64,000 nucleotides of DNA from Lama glama (taxonomy: Eukaryota): positions 108,192,001-108,256,000 of the forward strand of contig CM052817.1 in NCBI GenBank assembly GCA_028534125.1, read 5' to 3'. This document shows positions 40,601 to 54,765 of the stretch, one piece after another. How positions within the stretch are numbered: position 1 is the first letter of the stretch; each line of letters starts with the position of its first letter. The notes beneath the pieces were generated by a model. It was not told where the DNA came from. It ran no database searches and saw nothing but the letters and a program-made list of their open reading frames with translations. Made by a program: the position numbers and the translations under genes.

Positions 40601-43174
40601 CTGAATCAGAAAACTAAGAAAAACACAACATCTGTAGTAAGCACCCAAGCAGTATCACATTTCCAAGGGTGACAAGACAGCTCTATCGGGAAGAAACTAA
40701 ACTTAGCATCTTTATTACTGTTCTCTATGAATAATCATTTTAATTCACTGGGAAGAAAGACTCTTCATGCAAAAACAGTATATTGGAAACAACACATTTG
40801 GCCTAAATCATCTAGGTTGGCTACTGACCCTGACTGAAAATCATGCTTAGAGACCGAGATTTTTACGTTCTGAAAATTCACATTCACTTAAGGATTTAGA
40901 TTTTTGGCTAAAATGAGTCAGGTTCACAGAGATAGAAAAAAGATACTGAAATCAACACATCGTCTGGTGTTGGTTCCCCCGTAGGCGCGAAAAGGCTTTC
41001 TTAGAGGCAGATTTTTTTGCTGTTGGTTGCATAAATTCCTCCCCCAACAACATCCACTTCTTAGGACTCTTCTAACAGCTGGAAAGTTCCTTATTTTTGG
41101 TAGTTTATGGAAAAAAAAACCCAAATATTTCCCAGGATAATTTAAGATTTGATTTCAGCAGAGATGACCACCTGCAAGTCACTACAATCTTGAGAGATAG
41201 AGTCCATCTGAGAGTCATTTGAGAACTGTTAGCGTATGTTTTATGAAGCACCTAAATTTACACTTCACATAATCACGGTAGGAGAGATTTTGAAGAAATC
41301 TCTGTGATCACCTACATTTATTGCCTTACAGAAGAAGAGATGTGACAATGAGAGGAACCCAGATGTCCTGCATTGCAGTAAAAACAGTGGCAATATATTT
41401 TTTATTTTTAATGATGTAATATACATTTCAATATATTTCAATATTTTTCAATTATTTTCATAAAATAGTAATTTTATCAATATCAAAAATTTAATTTATG
41501 GATTTATTTCAGCCATATACACACTTTTTAAACCACAAAGCATCACAGACTGATCATATCAACCCTCTTGGTTGCCGTGTGTCAAAATGCTTTAATGTTA
41601 TTTGTAGGGATGACAATGTGTCAGCAGTTGGGTTTGGTCATTTTTTTAACATTCGAGAAGCTGAATTAGTTCTATGAAGCCACCAGGGTACGTTTTAATG
41701 CAGGACGCTAATTACTGAACTCAAAGGGATGATACTATTTTCAGGCAGGACTAATAACTCTCTGAGGACAGCAATTAAGGCCTGAATTCCTGCTTTAAGT
41801 CTTTCCCTGAGTAATGGAGACTCTCGCAGGAAAGCCCTACAGTGTCAGTCCTGTGTGACTGCTGAATTCCTTAACACAGGCTGACCCTGACTGACACAAG
41901 GCGAATCAGTTTCGAACTGTCAACGTGATCGGGTAGAATGGATGCTTCCATCTTGCAAGTTGCTGAAGACCCCCAAAACACTGAATATCTGTCTAAAAAT
42001 AGAAATACTGTGTAAATCGTTTCTGAGATAGTGGCAAAACATCTTTATCATCCGCCTCTTTGCGAACATATTTTTTAAGGAGCGTAAAATGCTCACTTTA
42101 ATGGTCCCATTTAAACGCAGGTGCCATGATGGTTCGGGTCTGATGACTAAAGTCATTTCACATCTCCTCCAGTAAAACAACACTACTTTTCTGGCTGACG
42201 AATATGACATAATCGACACCACGGCAGGCATCTAAACCCCATTTGATAGCAACTATAATTACTTATGATTTTCCTTCTCAGTGACTTGGTATTTTCAAAG
42301 TGTTCACTTAGATTTTTCACTTCATCCCTCCTCACTTCAACACATCTCCATCACATGCCTACGCTGTGCAAATCACAGCATAAGGTGTGGGGCCAATGAG
42401 ATCAGAGGACACAGACTGCCTTTCCGAGTCCGTTTTCAACCCACAAACACCTCTCAACTGAGTTTAGATTCATATATCATAAATGCAGGGCTATGACTGT
42501 TGTAATTATTATTTCTTTTATAAAAACAGAAATGGCAAGAATTGGCAATTGGACAAATCCATTTATTTCCCTCCATCTTCAAGTCACAACCACTGTTCAG
42601 ACAACTGCCAGCTGGTGCCTGGATTGTCTGTGACATCTTCCTAAAAGCCCCCTTGCCACCACGGTCTGCTGTCACCCATAATCGTCCTGTATCAAGACCA
42701 TGATGGCCACTCCCCTCTCGTGGGCCCGTGCTGCTCTCAGAAGAAGACAGAACATTCCTTAGGAGCTCAACAAGGCATTTGAGGCCTGCAAAACACCTCT
42801 GCTCAACCTCCAGCCTTACAGAAATGTTTACATTTTCCTTGCACTGGGGACTTTAATTTCTTATGTCCTCTATGGATAGCCATTGTGCCCTTTTCTTCTA
42901 CTTTCTACCTCTCCTTCAGGTTTTAAATTCTATATCACTTCCTTGAAGAAGCCTTTTCTTGCTTCCAGAACTGGGATTAGGAGCTTCTTAAGGGCGCTAC
43001 CACTGAATCTGTGCTTTCCTCTCATTGTTCTTGCAGAAGGCCTTTATTAAATAGCTGCTGTGTGCTGGGAGTTGTTCTAGGAGCCTGGGCTGTCAGTGAA
43101 CAAAACAAACACCAACAAAACCCTCCACCCATTGGAACTTACTTTCAGGCTGGAGAGACAATGAATAAGGTAAT

Positions 43175-44118
43175 GAGTATATGTAATCCCAAACTCTTAA
43201 TTGAAACCATAGTTGATTTTCTATGTCTGTGAGTCTAGTTTTGATTTATAAATAAGTTCATTGTATCATTTTTTTAGATTCCACATATAAGTGATATCAT
43301 ATGATATTTGTCTTTGTCTGACCTACTTCACTTAGTGTGATAAACTCTATGTCCTTCCATGTTGTTGCAAATGGCATTATTTCATTCTTTTTTATGGTTA
43401 AGTAGCATTCCATTGTATGTGTGTATGTGTTTGTGTGTGTGTGTGTGTGTGTATACACCACAACTTCTTTATCCAGTCATCTGTTGATGGACATTTAGGT
43501 TGTTTCCATGTCTTGGCTATTGTAAATAGTGCTGCTGTGAACATTGGGGTACAGGTGTCTTTTCAAATTTTCAAATTATAGTTTCCTCCAGATATATACC
43601 CAGGAGTGAGATTGCTGGATCATATGTTAAGTCTATTTTTAGATTTTTAAGGAACGTCCATACTGTTTTCCATAATGGCTGCACCAAACTGCATTCCCAC
43701 CAACAGTGTAGGAGGGCTCCCTTTTCTCCACACCCTCTCTAGCATTTATTATTTGTGGACTTTTGAATGACGGCCATTCTGACTGATGTGAAGTGATATC
43801 TCATTGTAGTTTTGATTGCATTTCTCTGACAATTAGTGATATTGAGCATCTTTTCATGTGCCTGTTGGCCATCTGGATGTTTTCTCTTGAGAACATCCAG
43901 TTAGGTCTTCTGCCCATTTTTGGATTGGGTTGTTTGTTTTTTAACAAGGACCTACTATATACCACAAGGAATTATATTTAATATCTTACAATAACCTATA
44001 ATGGAAAAGAATCTGAAGAAGAATATAGATATAGCTATTGATGGATATGCATAACTGAATCACTTAGCTGTACACCTGGAACTAACACAGCATTGTGAAT
44101 CAACTACACTTCAATAAT
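43175..44118. mobile_element. 5'-inverted L1 3' end (minus segment about 43175-43940, plus segment about 43943-44118)
   Basis: The two segments are adjacent parts of the L1 3'UTR seen uninverted at 49621-50038. Confidence 0.8.
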
Positions 44119-44169
44119 GAAAGAAAGAGAGAAAGAGAGAAGGAGACAAAGAGAGAAAGAGAGAAAGAG

Positions 44170-44252
<83 letters not shown>

Positions 44253-44253
44253 A
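44119..44253. repeat. (GAAA)n/(GA)n microsatellite
   Basis: Read directly; follows the L1 tail and precedes the gap. Confidence 0.95.
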
Positions 44254-44281
44254 ATTATAAATACAACACACTAGGAGGTGT

Positions 44282-44781
44282 NNNNNNNNNNNNNNNNNNN
44301 NNNNNNNNNNNNNNNNNNNNNNNNNNNNNNNNNNNNNNNNNNNNNNNNNNNNNNNNNNNNNNNNNNNNNNNNNNNNNNNNNNNNNNNNNNNNNNNNNNNN
44401 NNNNNNNNNNNNNNNNNNNNNNNNNNNNNNNNNNNNNNNNNNNNNNNNNNNNNNNNNNNNNNNNNNNNNNNNNNNNNNNNNNNNNNNNNNNNNNNNNNNN
44501 NNNNNNNNNNNNNNNNNNNNNNNNNNNNNNNNNNNNNNNNNNNNNNNNNNNNNNNNNNNNNNNNNNNNNNNNNNNNNNNNNNNNNNNNNNNNNNNNNNNN
44601 NNNNNNNNNNNNNNNNNNNNNNNNNNNNNNNNNNNNNNNNNNNNNNNNNNNNNNNNNNNNNNNNNNNNNNNNNNNNNNNNNNNNNNNNNNNNNNNNNNNN
44701 NNNNNNNNNNNNNNNNNNNNNNNNNNNNNNNNNNNNNNNNNNNNNNNNNNNNNNNNNNNNNNNNNNNNNNNNNNNNNNNNN
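44282..44781. other. Assembly gap (500 N)
   Basis: A run of exactly 500 N, which suggests a placeholder size. Confidence 0.99.
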
Positions 44782-46673
44782 TCCTTTCTTATGGGCAATA
44801 AATTCTTTCATTTTGTTCTTACTTAATTTTGAAGTGTACCACATACTAAATTTTCAGGTGATGCTATTATGGATACCCTGCCCTATCTTTCAACATATAT
44901 TACAAAAACGTTCAATATTAATGGCAATTTGTAAGTGAATCTCAAGCGATGTTTCTAAACCCAACACTTATTGGCAGTTCACCGTGTCCAAGAATATGGA
45001 GGCGATCGATAAGAGTGCATTTAAAGAAAAGGCTGGTTCAAAGTCATCCGCCTTATGTAGCAAAGGTAACCCACAGTTGGTGTGGATTCGCTTACTAAAA
45101 CTCTCAGAACGAATATTGTGTAACCTATGAGACCTACAGAGAAATACATCCATGTATTAAGAAGCTGACTTGCTCAAGTGGGAAGTATCAAGGGTGAATT
45201 TAGTTTCATCAGAAGACACTGGATAACATTAAATCGTCTCCCAAGGACACCCAGAAATAACTCACAAACTGTGGCATGGTCAGATTCACATTTGAAGAGA
45301 CTGCCGCTCCATGCTTAGTTACCCAGACTCTTGGATTTGTTCTTTAGTGAGAGTAACTGACCCTCTCTCTCAGCTTGATCTGCCCTTTCCCCACAATTCA
45401 GAGTTGTGTGTTATGTCCGGTTACTTTAAAATTAATAGATCATTTTTAAATTGAAAAATCACTGAAAATGCATACTACAAATATTATGATGAATTTAAAT
45501 TCTTCAAACACAACACTAATTCACGCTCCTAGACTCCTGGTAACATATTCTAATTAGGGGACAAAGTATTACTGAGATATGCCTGTTTCCTTTCCACACA
45601 AACTAGATAGAAGTAGCTTTATGTATACATGTGTTCTTTAATTCATAATATAAACTTGTATATAGACAATGGAAATTCTATATAAATATTAGTTTGTTTA
45701 AACGAACTAGTAGGTTGTTATCATTCAACTGTATAGTATCGGTACCACTATATTAGGATATTTAAATCCTGATTTAATTTCTTATTACAGAATTACTTAG
45801 AGCAAATAGAACTTGAGATACACAGTTGTTCATTTACAAGTAGAAAAAAAAATCCAGAAAATGAACGGTTCTCCCTAATAAGTATATTTAAGGTATGTTC
45901 TGTAAAACCTCAAGAGTATTACAAGAGTATAAAATTCAGTTCTATGCTCAACTAAACTCTCCGGCTCAAACAAAGAATGGCTAAAGCCTTGTTCGGTTAC
46001 ATCACTTCTTCACGTGCCTAATTGTTGTAGGACTAGTTACGGCTGTATGGCCTGTTTATAAGCTGACAATCTACCTGAAACTCTCTCCAAGTACTACCAG
46101 CAGGAGCTCACAGTCCCGTTTTGAGCTGGTGCTCATAATATTGTGAGAAAGTCACAGGAAAACCATCAGCCCACAAACAGGTGACGTCTGAATGTTTCAG
46201 TTTGCATATTAATGGGTGGAATTAATAACAACTACCGCAACAGGAGTTTTTCATTCAGATCATGTCTTCCTTCTTAAAAGTATTTTCTTTGTTCCATTTA
46301 AAATTCACTGTCCTTATTCATCTTTCAAGCACAGAAATTAATATTTATGATCACTAAATCACGGCAGCATGCCTCGGCCAGACGAGATTAGCATATATCC
46401 CCCTCATTGACCCTCTCAGGAACATCGTAAAAGAAATGTACAATTTGGAAGCATTTTTATTCTATGCGTGATGCCTCCTTGGAACTGGAATAAAGGGCCT
46501 TCCTTCGGGGGACAAATCATCTGGTTCAAAATTAAAACCAAGTTATAAAGTATTAGTTCTGATTTTACCTAGTGTCTCCGGAAATGTATTACCTTACCTT
46601 ACAGACATTGAACCAGTAAATGAAAAGCACGTTTTGATTAAGTCCTGGTTCAAACATACATATCCTGATTTAG

Positions 46674-46694
46674 TGTGTATGTGCGTGTGTATAT

Positions 46695-46742
<48 letters not shown>

Positions 46743-46756
46743 TATATATATATATA
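46674..46756. repeat. (TG)/(TACA)/(TA)n microsatellite
   Basis: Read directly from the sequence. Confidence 0.9.
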
Positions 46757-46807
46757 ATCAAAGACAACTATATATAATGTATTAACCTAGGCAACCTCAT
46801 TACTCTA

Positions 46808-47145
46808 TTTTTTAAATTGAAATATAGTTATTTATAATGTTGTGTTAGTTTCTGGTGTACAGCATAGTGACTCAGTTAATACATATATTCAGTTTATATA
46901 TATATATATATGTACAGCATGAACTTTTTGTTTACCTATTTTATATATAGTAGTTTGTATCGTTAAATCTCGAACTCCCAGTTTATCCCTCCCCACCCCC
47001 TTCCTCCCAATAACCATAGGTTTGTTTTCTATGTCTGTGAGTCTGTTTCAGTTTTGTAAATAAGTTCATCAGTGTTATTTTTTTTTCTAGATTCCACATA
47101 CAAGCGGTATCATATGGTATTTTTCCTCCTTTGTCTGGCTTACTT
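46808..47145 (-). mobile_element. L1 3'-end fragment with a degenerate target-site duplication
   Basis: Reverse complement of the element at 49621-50038; flanked by aggcaacctcattactcta and agggtaaccccattagtcta. Confidence 0.85.
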
Positions 47146-48879
47146 AGGGTAACCCCATTAGTCTAGAGTTCAAATGCATTAAAGATCTATCTGCCTCCTC
47201 TCTCTGGAGGGAAGCAGGCAACTTTTAGGGAGGGCACTGCTTTCTCAAGGAGGGCCAGGCTGCTGCCCCATGATTCGGACAAAGAGAAGACGCTGAAGAG
47301 TCCCAAAGGAAGAGTTCGGCACCCCCTCAGCTGTAAACCTGAAATCGTCAAAGATGACGTGCACAGGAGACAGGGAGGCCTCTGTGTCCTCCCTCCTCTG
47401 TCTAGAGCTGGGATGTATTCTCCTGGACTTGCTGCTCAGCATGTGGATGGCTATCTGGAGGCTGGAAAGGTTTCACTGGTATCTTAGTTAAGAGCCATGC
47501 AGTGAGGAAACATCAGAAAAGTTTGTCTTTTTCATCCAGCTCAGATGCAGGGCAGAGTGTGGGACAGCCACCCTCATACCTGGGCTCCTTGCTGTTCAAA
47601 AGAGCATCAATTCATGTATTTAGAAATTAAAATTTAACAATATGTTTATCTGATCTAAACTCTCAGGAAGATCTTTTTTTTTTAATATATCTATTTGGAT
47701 GTGTTTGGCCTTGATATATGCTATAAGACTTTTTTTTAAAAACCTAAGATATGCTTCAAAATTCAATTAATACAGTTCTATTTCTCATTTTTGTTAAGTT
47801 TTTATTATCTATGGGCTGATTTCCCTTTGACCTTGCTAATTTCGTGAAAGCCTTGATTTGATTCACTCGACTGAATGATCTCTTTTCTAGCCTTAAGATT
47901 ATTAAAAACAGACAGACAGAAATCTTACAGTCAAGGAAGTAGGAAGAGACCCACATCAAGAGCAGACCAAGGTGTTGGACATGGAGGCACATGGAGACAG
48001 AAATTGAAAGACAAAATCATTTTTTAAAGCATGTGTCATCTGGGAAGCAAACACAGATTCATCCTCAAACCATGTACCACCAAAACAAGGAGGTGCTTCC
48101 CTGCAGCGTAAGAGAACTGGGTTAAGGACCAAAGGGAAAAAGAAACAGTTCGTGTGTGAACCTCTGAATAAACCTGTGGTATGCCAGCAAAGCTATAAAA
48201 ATCAGGTCATTAGTAAGAAAAAAAGCAAACATCCCATTTCCACGAGCCAAGTAAAACACTGCATAAGGCTCGAGTCTTCTGCTAGTATTTTGAGTCTTAC
48301 ACATTCATCTGTGAAAACAGATTCGGGTGAAAGGCCAGCGTAACACGCTTCGCATGACACGTGAGCAGTCATTAGGCAACACTTTGAAAATGAATCCGTA
48401 AGTCATTTTTAGCTTCAAGATACAACTACTTAGCATTATCACTCTAACGTTCCTCTCTCAGCAGATGCACTTGAACTCAAATCAATTTGTTCAATGACTG
48501 GAGATTAGCTCATCACTTCAATTTCATTTAATATTTCTGAAGTATTAATAAAACCACTTAGAAATGTCTCAGGTTCTTTGCACAAGTACGTACACCCATC
48601 CATCACCATCGGATCGTTTATTTCTCAGAGCTTGTCTTTCTTCAGATACTGGAGTTTCTTTTTACTATTTACGTCAGCTGCTGTCTCTCTGAATTATCTC
48701 AAAAGTTCGGTTTCACCTAGGGGGAGTCATAGTGAGGGTGACGCGTGTCTGGAAAGTGAAAAATGCCACCTTCCACCCGATCAAAGAGTAAAAAGAATTC
48801 ATCATCTGATCCTTCGATTTAGCAAGCAGGATTCATGTGCTAATATCATCTCAAACTTAAAAGACACACATGCTTAACT

Positions 48880-49590
48880 CACTCATTTATTAACACGATT
48901 TACTGACTATCGGCTGTTCCAGCGTTAACTTACGCACTGTGTGTACAGTTACGCGTAGCGGGTGCTGTTTGGGCACTGCCTTCCTGGGGCTTACAGCCAG
49001 ATCTTAAATGAGAAAAGAACTTGGCCTGTGTGATTAAAACCGTCCTTGGAACGTGGAACAGCACTTCTTGGATGAAAGGATGAACACCAATATTAATTAT
49101 AAATTCTGATAAGCACTATGTAGGAAAAGAAGAGATTGCTTTGAGAGAGAATGATGAGGTAAAGTGCATCTCTGTGGAAATGTGATAGAAACCGAAGGAG
49201 AAAGATTTAGAAATACGTGCAGAGATTCGAGGAGAAGGTGTCCGGTGCATCTGAGATGGTGAAATGTTACTGAGATGGACTTAGCTTAGTGAGCGAGCAG
49301 GACACTCAGTTATCAGGCAGGAACCCGACACTGTAAGACCTTAGAGTCCTGTGAAGAATTTTCAACTTTACCCTCATTCTAATAGAAGCCACTGGAGTGT
49401 TTTAAGCAAGGCAGTGGTGTGGCCAGAAAAGCACTACAAGCATTCAAAACTTCTGGCCACTTTATGGAACATGGATGAAAGAGAAGCAAGAGTGAAAATG
49501 GAAGATGAAGGATGAACACACAGTGGTGTCTTGGCCTGGAGGCATGACAATGACGAAGGAGAGTGTCGAGAAATAAAAGATATTTAGAAG
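48880..49590 (-). mobile_element. L2 remnant
   Basis: cactcatttattaacacgatttactga end motif and gaagccactggagtgttttaagcaag body motif; heavily degraded. Confidence 0.55.
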
Positions 49591-49620
49591 GAAGGGATCC
49601 TATCCAGAGGAGGCAAGAGT

Positions 49621-50038
49621 CAGCAGCACGATGGACCCAGAGGTGATCACACTAAGTGGAGAAAGTCAGACACAGAAAGACAAATACCATATGGTATCAC
49701 TTATATGTGGAGTCTAAAAAATGATACAAATGAACTTATTTACAAAACAGAGACAGACTCACAGACACAGAAAACAAACTTATGGTTACCAAAGCGGGGA
49801 GGAGGGAGGGATCAGTTGGGAGTTTGGGATTCGCAGATACAAACTACTATATATAAAACAGATAAACAACAAGGTCCGACTGTACAGCACAGGGAACTAT
49901 ATTTAATATCTTATAATAACCTATAATGAAAAAGAATATATATATATATTTATAACTGAATCACTATGCTGTACACCTGAAACATTCTAAATCAACTAGA
50001 TTTTTATTAAACTATTAAAAATAAAATAATTTTTAAAA
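49621..50038 (+). mobile_element. 5'-truncated L1 3' end with a perfect 15-bp TSD
   Basis: agaggaggcaagagt at 49606-49620 and 50039-50053; L1 3'UTR motifs and an A tail. Confidence 0.9.
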
Positions 50039-50939
50039 AGAGGAGGCAAGAGTGAAAGGCGTATTAAGAATCCTCCCAGGTTTCAGGTTGTTTCTGCTAA
50101 CATAGGAGACTGAAGGACTCAGCAGAGGACAAGGGGAAGGACTCTGAGAAGCCTAGCGTCCTGAGCCCTTTTATCACATTACCGAGAAGGATGCCCCAGT
50201 GTCCTCCAGCACGCTGGAATCTGTATGTACTCTCAACGGTTCTGTGTTTTTAGTTTTTCACTCCCTTCTCCACAGAGGGGGAAGGCTGCTGACTGTTGAC
50301 AGAGCTGTGTTTTCAGTTTGTACAGCGCTGACTGGTCTTTCCATGGAGGGTCCTCATTCTCAGGACTGGAGGCCAGGACAGAGAATCAGACACCGGGCTG
50401 GAGCACGCCCGACCAGACTGCTTGCAGCCAAGACTCCAAACTGATCCTTGGAGGAGGGGCTGACGACCAGCTCTCTCCTCATCTGCCCTTGCAGGGTAGC
50501 AAGGTGCCCTCTCCTGGTAGAAACAGGTTTCTGGTTTCCACCCAAACCTTCAAAGCCAGCTGCTTCCTGGACAGGCTGGTATGTAGGGACCATTCCAGAT
50601 TTGCGCAATAGTGGCTTTCTTTACTTTTTGAGTTTGGTGATGGATGCCCTCTGGGGAAAAACCACCTATGATCATGTGCGTGAAATGTTCATGTGATTTT
50701 AGGAAGTACGCAGACCCACTGAAACAGAATCACGGACACAGGAATGGTTAAAAATATCTGGAAGTCTATGACAGGTCAGTCAGTCAGGTCTGCTAATACC
50801 AAACTTCACAACAAGGGATGCAGGAAACACAAAGAAAGTACCCTCCCCCAGCTAAAAATAAAAGAATAGTATAATGAGCCAAGATACTATCCAATTGGCA
50901 TGTTAGTCCAAAACATCTCATTATTAACAACTGCATGCT

Positions 50940-51062
50940 GGGGAGGGCATAGCTCAGTGGTAAAGCACCTGCCTAGCATGCATGAGGTCCTGGGTTCAAT
51001 CCCCAGCACCTCCATTAAATAAATAAATAAACCTAATTAAGTCCCTCCTCAAAAAAAAAATA
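50940..51062 (+). mobile_element. tRNA-Ala-like SINE (Vic-1-like)
   Basis: GGGGAGGGCATAGCTCAGTGG...GGGTTCAATCCCCAG plus an AAAT tail. Confidence 0.87.
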
Positions 51063-51563
51063 ATGTCTCAAAAACATAACTGCACAGAGTTGTGAAAAAG
51101 CCATGCATGAGTCTACTGTCAAAAGACCTCAGTTGAGCTGACCCACACGTGGATGGGTCCTAAGAAAGTCTTTCACATCCTCTGAGATTCAGGGATCTCA
51201 TTCTAAAGCAAAATTAATAATAACTGTCCCTGACTGATAAAATTTTTGCTTGTGAAAATCTTTCATATATATACATTTCTGTAGTTCTTATTCATATATT
51301 TATTCCAATTTTACCCAAACCGATTTCCAAGGCAGTCACCTCACTGACCTTGAACTAGTAATAGCAGTCATCATAGGGTCTCAGCTGCTGGCGCCAGCAG
51401 GTGCTTTATTCATTACAACTGCACATCAGGGCATGGTGTGAACACAGTCTACCTCTGTAAATTGTACACTTACGATTTTCTGTTTATTTTACTCTAAGTT
51501 TATTTCCCAGGTTTCACATTGTATTATTCATTTATAGCATAATGAAACCAAGTTACCTTTGGG

Positions 51564-51862
51564 CTTTTTTATTTTTTTAATTTTAATTGAAGTGTACTTG
51601 ATTTACAATGTTAGTTTCAGGTGTACAGCAAAGCGAATCAGTTATACATATACATACATATATGTTTTTTCTTTTCAGATTCTTTCCCATATATGTTATT
51701 ACAAGAGATTGAATAGAGTTCCCTGTGGTATACTGTTGTTTATCTACTTTATATATAGTAGTGTGTGTCCGCTAATCCCCAACCCTTGATTTATCCCTCT
51801 CCACTTTCCCCTCTGGTAACCATAGTTTGTTTTCTATGTCCATGAGTCTGCTTTGGTTTTGT
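51564..51862 (-). mobile_element. L1 3'-end fragment about 100 bp from the exon 3 donor
   Basis: Same family as the elements at 46808 and 49621. Confidence 0.85.
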
Positions 51863-51955
51863 CCTAATACACTCACGGAGCTCTATGGCATTACATAGGA
51901 AGCATCAAGGGAGGGCATTGAGTCTGACCCACCATAAAGAGACCAGGTATTGTCA

Positions 51956-52342
<387 letters not shown>

Positions 52343-52429
52343 TCATCAAATTTATGAGCACTTATTTACTTAGCACCCTAGTTGAGAGATTCAAAGAATC
52401 ATAAAGCATTAGAGAAATGATTCTGGTGA

Positions 52430-53057
52430 TAGGACTACATCAAACTAAAGAGCTTTTGCACAGCGAAGAAAACTATCAACAAAGTGACCAGGCCTACTGA
52501 GGGGGAGAGGATACTGACAGCTCATATATCTGATAAGGGGTTATATCCAATATATACAAGTAATTTATAGAAATCAACATCAAAAAAGAAAACAACCCAA
52601 TTAAACAATGGGCAGAGGGTCTGAATAGACATTTTCCAAAGAAGACATGCAGACGGTCAACAGGCACATGAAAAGATGCTCAACATCACTAATCAGGGAA
52701 ATGCAAATCAGAACTGCAACGAGCTGGCACCTCACACCTGCCAGAATGGGTATCGTCAAAAAGACCACAGATAACAAATGCCGACAAGGGTGTGGAGAAA
52801 AGGGACCCCTCCTACACTGTTGCTGGGAATGTAAATTGGTGCGACCACTATGGAAAACAGTATGGAGCTTCCTCAAAAAACTAAAATAGAACTACCATAC
52901 AATCCATCAATTCCACTTCTGGGCATTTTTCTAAAGAAAACAAAAACACTAATATATGCACCTCTATGTTCATAACAGCATATTTATAATAACCAAGATA
53001 TGGAACAAACCCAAGGGTCCACCAACAGATGAATGGATAAAGACATGGTTGTGTGTG

Positions 53058-53102
<45 letters not shown>

Positions 53103-53875
53103 TGGAATATTACTCAGCTATAAAAAATAATAAAATCTTGGATGGACATAGAGGATATTTTGCTAAGTGAAATAAGTCAGACAGAGAAAGGCAAATGCTA
53201 TATTATTTTACTTATATGTGGAATCCAAAAAACAAAACAAATAAACCAACATAACAAAACAGAGAGTCATAGATACAGAGAACAAGCAGATGGTTACCAG
53301 AGGGGAGAGGGTGGGGGATGAGAGAAGTAGGCAAGGGAAATCAGGAGGTACAAATTTTCAGTTACAAAATAAGAGTCAGACGGATGAAATGTACAAGGCA
53401 ATCATTTTGTAATGTACAGAAATATCATCACCATGTTGTGCACCACGAGCTAACACAGATGCTGTAGGTCAATTACACTCAAACAAGTAAACTCACAGAA
53501 AAAAGGTCACATTTGTGGTCACCAGAGGTGGACGGTAGAGGGAAATTGGATGGTCAAAAGGCCCAAGATTCTAGGTATAAGATAATTTATTAGGGATGTA
53601 ACACACATGATTAACATAATTAACACCGCTGTGTGTTATATGTGAAAGTTGTTAAGAGAGTAAATCGTAAGTTCTCATCACCAAGGAAACATTTTTTTTC
53701 TCTTAGTTTTCTTTTATTCCTGTACATGAGATGAGGGATGTTCACTAAGGTTACTGTGGTAAGTATTTAACAATATATGTAAGTCAAGTCATTGTGCTGT
53801 ACACCTTATATTCATACAGTGGTATATATCAATTATACCTCAGTAGAACAAGAAGAAAAAAAAAGAAAAGAAAAT
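52430..53875 (+). mobile_element. L1 ORF2 C-terminus and 3'UTR, with (CA)n at about 53060-53100
   Basis: ORF 52647-52889 ([17 protein letters not shown]...HLTPARM...[17 protein letters not shown]) matches the L1 ORF2p Cys-rich end. Confidence 0.92.
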
Positions 53876-54587
53876 ACACATGATTTAACAAATTACATAA
53901 GTTAAACATATTTTAGGACAGCCCCATTAAAAAAAAAGTACAAGTAGAAGTCATTAGTTGTAAGAACAGACTACAATTCCTTGGGATTTATACACATTCA
54001 TAAGAACTCATTCTCTATATTATCTGACTCTTTTAAAAAGCTTCATTGCATTAATAATGCTCTTTTACTAGAAGATCAGCATGGTTATGAGAAGTTCTGA
54101 TGCTGACCAGAACTTCTTTAAGAGAAGATGGATACAAGACTCGCATATCACACAGAGACACAGGAACGTGTCACCTGAAACGGACATCGCTCACCTTGCG
54201 TGGCTCAGTCAATTAAGTGAAATTCAGAGCTCCTAATTTTAATCTTTTCCACAGACTTAACTTATCCCATGCGTTCTACTCCATACAGAACAAAAATGTT
54301 ACCAAAGTATTTTGGCTTGGGGTCATCATTCTTAGAAAGATAATACTTTATTTGGAAGTCCCTGTTACTCCCAGAATCCCTTGTCCTCTGCCAATATCTG
54401 TATGTCAGGGAGCTGTGTTCTCCAGCCCTTCCCCCCATAGTCAGACCATCACTGAGTCACGGTCATTCTAACACCCCGACAGACTCCAATGTGGCTTACT
54501 CATTTCTATCTATACTCCAACCGTCTTAGTGCACTACCAGCACGCAGTACGCACCTTGTACTTGCCATGTGGCCTGGCACGGTACAT

Positions 54588-54765
54588 TAACTCATTTATT
54601 TCTCATGATATCCCTTGAGGTAGGAACTATTATTAATCCCAAATTACTGATAGGAAATTTATAACAGAGGGAAATTAAGTGGCTTCATCCAAGGTCAGAC
54701 AGCTAGTAAGTGAGAGATGCTGCATTGAAACCCAGACAGTCTGGATTCAGAGTCTAGGCTCTTAA
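54588..54765 (-). mobile_element. MIR
   Basis: gaggtaggaactattattaatccc...ttaagtggcttcatccaaggtcagacagctagtaagt...tgaaacccagacagtctg core. Confidence 0.75.

Noticed and set aside
44104..44844. Long ORFs of 175-246 aa in the ORF track
   Set aside because: Artefacts of translating N runs and the GAAA repeat.
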